Part shown: piece after piece, positions 58,173-64,000 of the stretch | Numbering within the stretch: position 1 is the first letter of the stretch | Layout: each line of letters starts with the position of its first letter | DNA from: a virus | Length of the DNA: 64,000 nucleotides | IMG/VR virus record: IMGVR_UViG_3300044630_004371 | Coordinates: 22,859 to 86,858 of that record | Strand: one strand, 5' to 3' | Program-made: the position numbers and the translations under genes | Notes under the pieces: generated by a model | Told to the model about the DNA's origin: nothing | The model's database searches: none | The model's input: only the letters and a program-made list of their open reading frames with translations

Positions 58173-58448
58173 TTAGTGTACAAGATAATTTTCACCTTTG
58201 ATTGTTAGCCTTGTAATAGTGTCAAGGTTAATCATTCGCCATTCTTTGACTTGCATATCATACACTGGCTTTAACCCCTTAAGACTTGGATTGTAAGCCA
58301 TACCACTACCTGTTACACCTTTGGTTACACCCAAACGGCAATTCATTACTCGTGTGGTGTTGTCTTTCTTTCTGAATTCAGCGGTGAAGATTTTACCTTT
58401 GGATTGGTTGATAAGCTCAACTGCGGCTACTTTGCTAATAAATTGCAT
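58173..58448 (-). CDS. SH3/WYL-like beta-barrel protein
   Basis: FTAEFRKKDNTTRVMNCRLGV...VYDMQVKEWRMINL; start moved to MQFISK. Confidence 0.7.
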   Translation of the reverse strand: MQFISKVAAVELINQSKGKIFTAEFRKKDNTTRVMNCRLGVTKGVTGSGMAYNPSLKGLKPVYDMQVKEWRMINLDTITRLTIKGENYLVH

Positions 58449-58516
58449 AATGTTATTTGATTTGATTATGATACAAAGATAAGGAAAATAAATGACTTTT
58501 CCAAATCTTTTTTCAA

Positions 58517-58777
58517 TTATTTTTCTAATGGTGTCCACTCTATATCGTAAAGGTCTTCATCTAATTCGGGGCTATAAGCTGAATAGCCCTCAACAACTGA
58601 TGGGTAAACATATTCACCACTACGATTACAATATCCAATGGGTTTTGTTGTTGATAAAATTACACTTTCTTCACTTCCATTAACCATGTGGATAAATGGC
58701 TGATTTTGTTCGTTTGTGATTACCATATCTTTAGGGTAAGCACTTAGTAATTCGATTAGTTTTCCTACTGTTGTCAT
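58517..58777 (-). CDS. Early small protein
   Basis: MTTVGKLIELLSAYPKDM. Confidence 0.65.
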   Translation of the reverse strand: MTTVGKLIELLSAYPKDMVITNEQNQPFIHMVNGSEESVILSTTKPIGYCNRSGEYVYPSVVEGYSAYSPELDEDLYDIEWTPLEK

Positions 58778-58842
58778 GATATTTGATTTGATTAGAATAC
58801 AAAGATAAGGAAAAGTTTTCACAATTCCAAATCTTTTTTCAA

Positions 58843-59235
58843 TTATTTTTTGTCAAACATACTTGATTTTTCTTCTAATAAAAGTTCAGTATCTGCAATT
58901 GTTTTTGTCATTATAAGTTGGCGGTGCATTTGGTCACTCATACCAACCTTTTCAAGGATATACTGCATTCTCTCTCCATCAATATCAATAGCTTTCAGTT
59001 TCTTGATGATTTCATTCACTTCTTCATAGTTATAAAAACCCCAAGTCAAAGATTCATTGCTTGTTAAATCACAGGCTATTTCGATGTTGTTAAGGTTCGT
59101 AAAGGCTTCATCTGATGTTGATGAACGCATTTGGAATGCCTCGGTTAAACCTCGTTGTGCGATGAATTTTCTGATTACTTTTAAATCGTCAGCTACCATG
59201 GCTAAACGATGTTCTAATTGTTGCTCTTTTGTCAT
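58843..59235 (-). CDS. Early hypothetical protein
   Basis: 130-aa cassette ORF. Confidence 0.65.
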   Translation of the reverse strand: MTKEQQLEHRLAMVADDLKVIRKFIAQRGLTEAFQMRSSTSDEAFTNLNNIEIACDLTSNESLTWGFYNYEEVNEIIKKLKAIDIDGERMQYILEKVGMSDQMHRQLIMTKTIADTELLLEEKSSMFDKK

Positions 59236-59592
59236 GATTGATTAGATTAAAATGTTACTGAATAAATGATTGCAATAGTACCTAAGATTGCTAATACCTT
59301 CAAAATATTTGCCCATTGTTGTATTGTTACTTTTTTCATGATTGTTTGATTTGATTATGGTACAAAGATAAGAAAAAAAAATGACATTACCAAATAATAA
59401 TGCCACTTTTTTTCAATCAATCTAAAAGTTGTGAATACCATGCACAATCACATTGTAAACTATAAGACTTACTAATGTCAATGCAATACAACACATTAAA
59501 ATAACTTCTGATATTACTTTCATCGTTTTTATTATTTGATTAGAATACAAAGATAAGGAAAGTATTTCTACTTTCCAAATCTTTTTTCAAAT

Positions 59593-59913
59593 TTATTTTA
59601 TTTTAATTCCGTTTTGTATTAGGACTGCATCAATTAAAGTTTTTTCTTCGTTTGCATCTACTACAAAGTTATCACAAGCCTTTTGACTGAACCTTGCCAT
59701 ATCTTTTAAATGCTTTTTAAAGCCACTAAAAGCTGCATAACTTTCAGAATTTTCTGTTCTACTAACTGGCGACACAGATAATTTGATACCTCTAGATTCA
59801 ACGCCACCTGTAAAATAATTTGCACCACCTTTGTCATAATATACTTCAACTTTTAAATGTGTTGCTCTTGGATTAGGTTCTAATTCTAGATACTTTTTAC
59901 TAATTTTTGCCAT
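59593..59913 (-). CDS. Early hypothetical protein
   Basis: YYDKGGANYFTG..RGI.LSV.PV. Confidence 0.7.
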   Translation of the reverse strand: MAKISKKYLELEPNPRATHLKVEVYYDKGGANYFTGGVESRGIKLSVSPVSRTENSESYAAFSGFKKHLKDMARFSQKACDNFVVDANEEKTLIDAVLIQNGIKIK

Positions 59914-59986
59914 GGTTGATTGTTTTGATTAATAATACAAAGATAAGGAAAAGTTTTCACTTTTCCAAATCTTTTTTCGTTTATTT

Positions 59987-60616
59987 TTAATCTTCTTTGA
60001 TAACATCAAAACTCTTGGTTATACTTAACGTAAGTACGTTATCTACAAGTTTCAACTCTTCACCCTCTTCATTTGTAGTATAGGTATGCCACTCATTTAT
60101 TTCACCCTTAACATCATTCGGTGTATAATCTTGGGCAAATTCGGATATTTTTTCTTCCAACCCTTTCAAAGTTTCTTCTTGCTCGTTGGTAAGGATAAAG
60201 TCCTTTTTGTAATTGGTTTGTATATCATCTTCACCACCATTGATATTCAGTACATAGTCAGCCACAAATTTAGCTTCTTCATCAGTAAGTTCAATTTCAG
60301 CTTCGTTTACTGAACTTTCACTCCATTCACTTGATGAAGATTTTGAGTAGGTAAAATCGTTTTCATCTTCATCAAACTCAATAGTTACCACTCCAAACTC
60401 ACCTTGATAATGTCCGTCAGAATTTACATAAAACTCTACGTTGTTGTAGGTTTTGTCATCAAAGTATGTTTCAAGTTCACTATCTTGTACCAACTCACCC
60501 TCTTTGTCAAAGATTTCAATACTTGTGTCATTCATACTATCACCACCACAACTAAAATTAAAATTAACGTGGTCAATGTTTTTTTCTTTCCAAATTTTGA
60601 TAATATTTTCTGCCAT
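59987..60616 (-). CDS. Acidic protein (DUF6878-like)
   Basis: FSCGGDS...G.FGVVTIEF; very Asp/Glu-rich. Confidence 0.55.
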   Translation of the reverse strand: MAENIIKIWKEKNIDHVNFNFSCGGDSMNDTSIEIFDKEGELVQDSELETYFDDKTYNNVEFYVNSDGHYQGEFGVVTIEFDEDENDFTYSKSSSSEWSESSVNEAEIELTDEEAKFVADYVLNINGGEDDIQTNYKKDFILTNEQEETLKGLEEKISEFAQDYTPNDVKGEINEWHTYTTNEEGEELKLVDNVLTLSITKSFDVIKED

Positions 60617-60673
60617 TTGTTTATGATTTTTGATTATGATACAAAGATAAGTAATTAAATTGAGATTACCAAA

Positions 60674-61069
60674 TTATTGGCTAATTTTTTCTAAAAATTC
60701 TTTTGCAGTTTGTTCTGCTTCGGGATTGTCAATGTTTTTTACTGCATTGTTAAACCAGGGTTGAACTACAACGTGCTTCAAATAATCTTGTGGTGTTGGT
60801 ACAAATTTCATTCTAAAATCTTCTGCTATATGTAGCATAGCAATATCAACACTATCAACACTTCTGCCATCGGAATTGATTATATTATACCCAAAAATCT
60901 TTGGAATGATAGTGTATGCAAACCAAGTATTATGTGTTAATAACCTTGCTGAATTGTTGTTCATTGTAGCTTTTGGACTATCAATAAGTTCGTGGATAGC
61001 TAAATAATCTTCTACTTTTCCACCCCAACGCTTAACGCTGGATTTTGAATGTATCATTGGATTTGCCAT
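60674..61069 (-). CDS. DUF6915-like protein
   Basis: NPMIHSKSSVKRWGG..DYLAIH..ID..K...R..TH...HIAEDF. Confidence 0.65.
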   Translation of the reverse strand: MANPMIHSKSSVKRWGGKVEDYLAIHELIDSPKATMNNNSARLLTHNTWFAYTIIPKIFGYNIINSDGRSVDSVDIAMLHIAEDFRMKFVPTPQDYLKHVVVQPWFNNAVKNIDNPEAEQTAKEFLEKISQ

Positions 61070-61139
61070 AATTGATTGATTTGATTATGATACAAAGATA
61101 AGGAAAAGTTTTCACTTTTCCAAATCTTTTTTCATTTTT

Positions 61140-61406
61140 TTAGTCCCAAATTTGACTAATTTTTTGGTCAAATGGATTGTACTCAACTTGTTTACCCATT
61201 ACCCAATTACCCTTTTCAACTGCAAGGGTTTGATGTTCGTTACTCCAAGAACCATTGGGCATTTCGTGTTTCAATAAGCTATCCTTTTTTACAACAAGGT
61301 CAGCAAAGTCGGTAGTTTCTTTTTCAATGGCAAATTCGCCATACAAGGTATGTTGGTTTGCACCCTCACCTTTCAATAGTGTTTGTTTTTTTACGTTACG
61401 TTTCAT
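61140..61406 (-). CDS. Small His-motif protein
   Basis: LLKGEGANQH...LKHE..EH...QVEYNP. Confidence 0.65.
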   Translation of the reverse strand: MKRNVKKQTLLKGEGANQHTLYGEFAIEKETTDFADLVVKKDSLLKHEMPNGSWSNEHQTLAVEKGNWVMGKQVEYNPFDQKISQIWD

Positions 61407-61513
61407 TTGATATGATTTTTTAATTATGATACAAAGATAAGCAATTTATTTGAAAAATCCAAATTTTTTATGAAAAAAGGTGGAAAATAAATTTCCACCC
61501 TTTTATCAATCAA

Positions 61514-62188
61514 TCAACTTTCAGCAACCAAAAGTTCCTTATATTCTTTTTCAGTCAAGTGTCTTGCACTATCCAAAGGTTTGTATTTGCCATTGGGTTT
61601 GATTAATACGCAATCACCTTGTCGGATAATCTTTTCAATGCTACCTTGTGGTACGTTGGTTTGGATAGTCCAAGCAATACATTGGATAGCATTGATTTTT
61701 TTAATATCATACTCCCAACGATTTTCATTATTGGTATTATAAACACTTTGTGGCTCAACCCAAATAAAATAGTTTCTATCAGTTGATGTATCTTTCAGTT
61801 TCACAAAGTAAGCATTTTCCATTTTATTCCAACCTTGCAACCCCTCGTTAAAATACTCACCACTTACCTCGTAAAGTTCATAGGTATCATTGAATTTTGT
61901 TGTAACAAGTTTTCCGTTTTCATCTACCCAATTAGTAGATTTTTTTAGTGTTTTTTTGCTCAATAATTTTGGTTGAACTTCACTTGCAAGTCGTTCCAAC
62001 CCCAAGCATAATACACCTACTCTACGTTGTTCCAAATTAGGTAGTTTGGCAATATCTTTGAATGTCAAAGGAACAATATCGTTCCAAATATCTTCAAGTT
62101 CAGCCATTGGGCAATCTTTGTGTTTCAACTTCAACAAACGACAACCCATATCGTAAGGAAACTTTTGATTGTTGATAATGATTTGCAT
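61514..62188 (-). CDS. DUF6745-like protein
   Basis: NLEQRRV...DTSTDRNYFIWVEP...AIQCIAWT...RQGD. Confidence 0.55.
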   Translation of the reverse strand: MQIIINNQKFPYDMGCRLLKLKHKDCPMAELEDIWNDIVPLTFKDIAKLPNLEQRRVGVLCLGLERLASEVQPKLLSKKTLKKSTNWVDENGKLVTTKFNDTYELYEVSGEYFNEGLQGWNKMENAYFVKLKDTSTDRNYFIWVEPQSVYNTNNENRWEYDIKKINAIQCIAWTIQTNVPQGSIEKIIRQGDCVLIKPNGKYKPLDSARHLTEKEYKELLVAES

Positions 62189-62246
62189 ATTTTTATTATT
62201 TGATTAGAATACAAAGATAAGGAAAAGATTTGGTATTTCCAAATTT

Positions 62247-62489
62247 TTATTTAGAATTTTTTAAAACTTCATCAATAGCTGTCTTTAAATCTTTTAGCTG
62301 TTCTCTCGTCATTAGTGGTATCATCATTGAACTAAACCCTAAATCACGTCTTTCAGTACGACTATCACTATCGGGATAAAGGTTATTATCAGTTATACTC
62401 ACATAACCTATATTACCTGTTAAACCTACACTTATTGTGTGTCCATTGGTACTGATTTGTCTTTGTGCTAGTTTATGTTGGTTAGCCAT
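62247..62489 (-). CDS. Early small protein
   Basis: 80-aa cassette ORF. Confidence 0.65.
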   Translation of the reverse strand: MANQHKLAQRQISTNGHTISVGLTGNIGYVSITDNNLYPDSDSRTERRDLGFSSMMIPLMTREQLKDLKTAIDEVLKNSK

Positions 62490-62864
62490 TGTTATTTGAT
62501 TTGATTAGAATACAAAGGTAAGGAAAGTATTTCTACTTTCCAAATCTTTTTGCAATTATTTTTTCATAATGACTTTGTTTTCTATCATACCTTGTCCTAT
62601 CACATCAAAACGTTCACCCAAAGATAAGTTTTCATACCCCTCAAATGGATAAACAACTCTAAAGTTGCAACGAGGATTGGTTTCACAAGTAATTTCTTTT
62701 TTGCTAAAAACACTTAATAGTAATGCTAACATAATTATTTTATTTGATTAGAATACAAAGATAAGGAATTAATTTGACACTACCAAATTTATTTTTGATT
62801 ATTTTTAAAAAATATTTTTGTATAAAAGTTTGGAAATGTCAATTCTTTTTTCTATCTTTGTATT

Positions 62865-62912
62865 GTTCAATTGATGAACGAGACGATGATGAATCGGGAG
62901 GTATACTCCACT
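62865..62912 (+). ncRNA. Three-hairpin small RNA candidate, copy 5
   Basis: GTTCA-ATTGA-TGAAC GAGA CGAT-GATGA-ATCG GGAG-GTATA-CTCC; begins 4 nt after TATCTTTG. Confidence 0.65.
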
Positions 62913-62979
62913 ATGCCCCTACTTTAACCTAACACCAAAAAGCAAAGGAGCCAATAGGCCCCAATTGCTTCATCAATCA

Positions 62980-63177
62980 TCAAGCGTTTACCAAACTTGA
63001 ATGTTTGGCTATAAATTCTTTATAAACGACATATGGGTCAACTTCGGTGTTGGTATCTTTGTAATTCAGTACCAAGTACTTGACAAAGTTGATACGTGTG
63101 TTTGTCTGTGGGGCTGTCAAATCTTCTTGTATATCTGACAAGTGGCTTAGAATAATCATGCTTACTTTTACTTTCAT
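62980..63177 (-). CDS. Early small protein
   Basis: 65-aa cassette ORF. Confidence 0.6.
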   Translation of the reverse strand: MKVKVSMIILSHLSDIQEDLTAPQTNTRINFVKYLVLNYKDTNTEVDPYVVYKEFIAKHSSLVNA

Positions 63178-63246
63178 TGTTTTTGATTTTGTTAAGACAA
63201 AGATAAGGAATTGTTTTCACAATTCCAAATCTTTTTTAAAGTTTTT

Positions 63247-63525
63247 TTAGATTATCCAAAACATTATTGTTCCGCAATCATGCCATTCAGCAAACCAACC
63301 ATGCTTCTCTAAAAAGTTGTAGATTTCAGTATGCACTCCCAACTCGTAACGTTTGCCTTCACCATAGTGGTTGAATAATGGGTAGCCATCTTTGGCTGGT
63401 AATCTATCTTCACCACTTGACCAAATTCCACCCTTCCAACCACCGAATTCTTCAGTTGTGCGTAAGAACATTTTAGGGTATTTCACCTCTAATAGTTCAA
63501 TCATTTGTTCTCTTGTCTTTACCAT
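63247..63525 (-). CDS. Early small protein
   Basis: 92-aa cassette ORF. Confidence 0.65.
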   Translation of the reverse strand: MVKTREQMIELLEVKYPKMFLRTTEEFGGWKGGIWSSGEDRLPAKDGYPLFNHYGEGKRYELGVHTEIYNFLEKHGWFAEWHDCGTIMFWII

Positions 63526-63593
63526 TGTTTTATTGTTTGATTATAATACAAAGATAAGAATAAGTTTTCACACTTCCAAATTTATTTGCAACT

Positions 63594-64000
63594 TTATTTT
63601 ATTCTTTTGATAATTACCAAAGTCATCGGATACGTATCTTGGTAGTAAAAGAATTCAACCACTTCGTAGTTCCAACCTGTAACCTTGTTAAAATAAGCCT
63701 CAATAGCCCTGTCTGACATACATCTGTCATCTGCATTATTGATAGCCGCAAGCCCTTTTAATTTTTCAGCCTGTGGCGTTGTGCCTCTCATTGGTTTGGC
63801 AAACGTAACACACATACAACCACCAACCACAACCAAATCATTGGTAATAGCATATTCAACTTCTTTGCTTATTGTATGCAATTCACCACAATAATCCATA
63901 ATAAGATGTGCATAACTATTTTCAATTTTGCCATAGACTTTATCGCCAAAGTAACCCAAATACGTTTCAGCATTTAAGCCTGTATTTTTAAGGTTTGAAC
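63594..64000 (-). CDS. Early hypothetical protein, 5'-truncated by the window edge
   Basis: Reading frame continues to the end of the window. Confidence 0.6.
   Translation of the reverse strand, partial: SNLKNTGLNAETYLGYFGDKVYGKIENSYAHLIMDYCGELHTISKEVEYAITNDLVVVGGCMCVTFAKPMRGTTPQAEKLKGLAAINNADDRCMSDRAIEAYFNKVTGWNYEVVEFFYYQDTYPMTLVIIKRIK

Larger units (their letters stand above)
49984..63580. promoter_or_regulatory. Array of about 40 Bacteroidetes-type early promoters (TTTGG-spacer-TATCTTTG), about one per gene, many with palindromic spacers
   Basis: Seen on the + strand as ACAAAGATAAG...CCAAA at about 50804, 51040, 51280, 52276, 53457, 54788, 55009, 56882, 57501, 57788, 58122, 58799, 59547, 59937, 61092, 62512, 63197, 63548 and others; five + strand copies at about 52735, 53909, 54028, 54326 and 62829. 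Confidence 0.9.

Noticed and set aside
50848-58822. Shared N-terminal peptide (FGKVKTFPYLC) in several track ORFs as a protein domain
   Set aside because: It is the translation of the promoter repeat; the likely ATGs lie downstream
50751-62912. Hammerhead ribozyme identity for the three-hairpin element (TGATGA and GAAA-like words)
   Set aside because: CUGAUGA and GAAA cores are not conserved across copies or placed at a three-way junction
50800-63580. CRISPR array reading of the ~40-bp repeats
   Set aside because: The intervening segments are about 100-700 bp, mostly whole ORFs; the repeats vary and contain promoter boxes; no cas genes are in the window
1-64000. Stop-codon reassignment (TAG or TGA recoding, as in some Bacteroidota phages)
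   Set aside because: Core genes are intact under code 11, and TAG ends genes at plausible C-termini (2320, 25205, 44390)

Overview
This AT-rich window comes from a large tailed dsDNA phage with a T4-like head module. The host is most likely Bacteroidota, because about 40 promoters match the Bacteroidetes TTTG...TAnnTTTG consensus. 1-49 kb holds late and middle genes: putative baseplate/structural genes, galE, major capsid protein, scaffold, prohead protease, portal, terminase, thyA, clpC, thioredoxin, a glycosyltransferase and a nucleotidyltransferase. It also holds many proteins that share short N-terminal tags ending in (L/I)xE, probably capsid-packaged cargo. A repeat- and G-run-rich junction at 49-50 kb is followed by an early region (50-64 kb) of single-gene cassettes, each headed by a host-type promoter, many with a covarying palindromic spacer. 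Main observations: (1) a five-copy, promoter-driven, three-hairpin non-coding element with compensatory base changes, plus a tRNA-like RNA with an abnormal anticodon arm; (2) the hairpin-promoter cassette array; (3) three free-standing endonuclease insertions with no visible intron (thyA split in two, capsid-gene 3' end duplicated with only synonymous changes, G-rich junction duplicated); (4) two probable -1 frameshifts with downstream RNA structure; (5) a probable late promoter, ATATTTATA, which contains the reverse complement of the T4 late box and often sits only 2-6 nt from the ATG. All family assignments come from motif recognition by eye; no database search was run.
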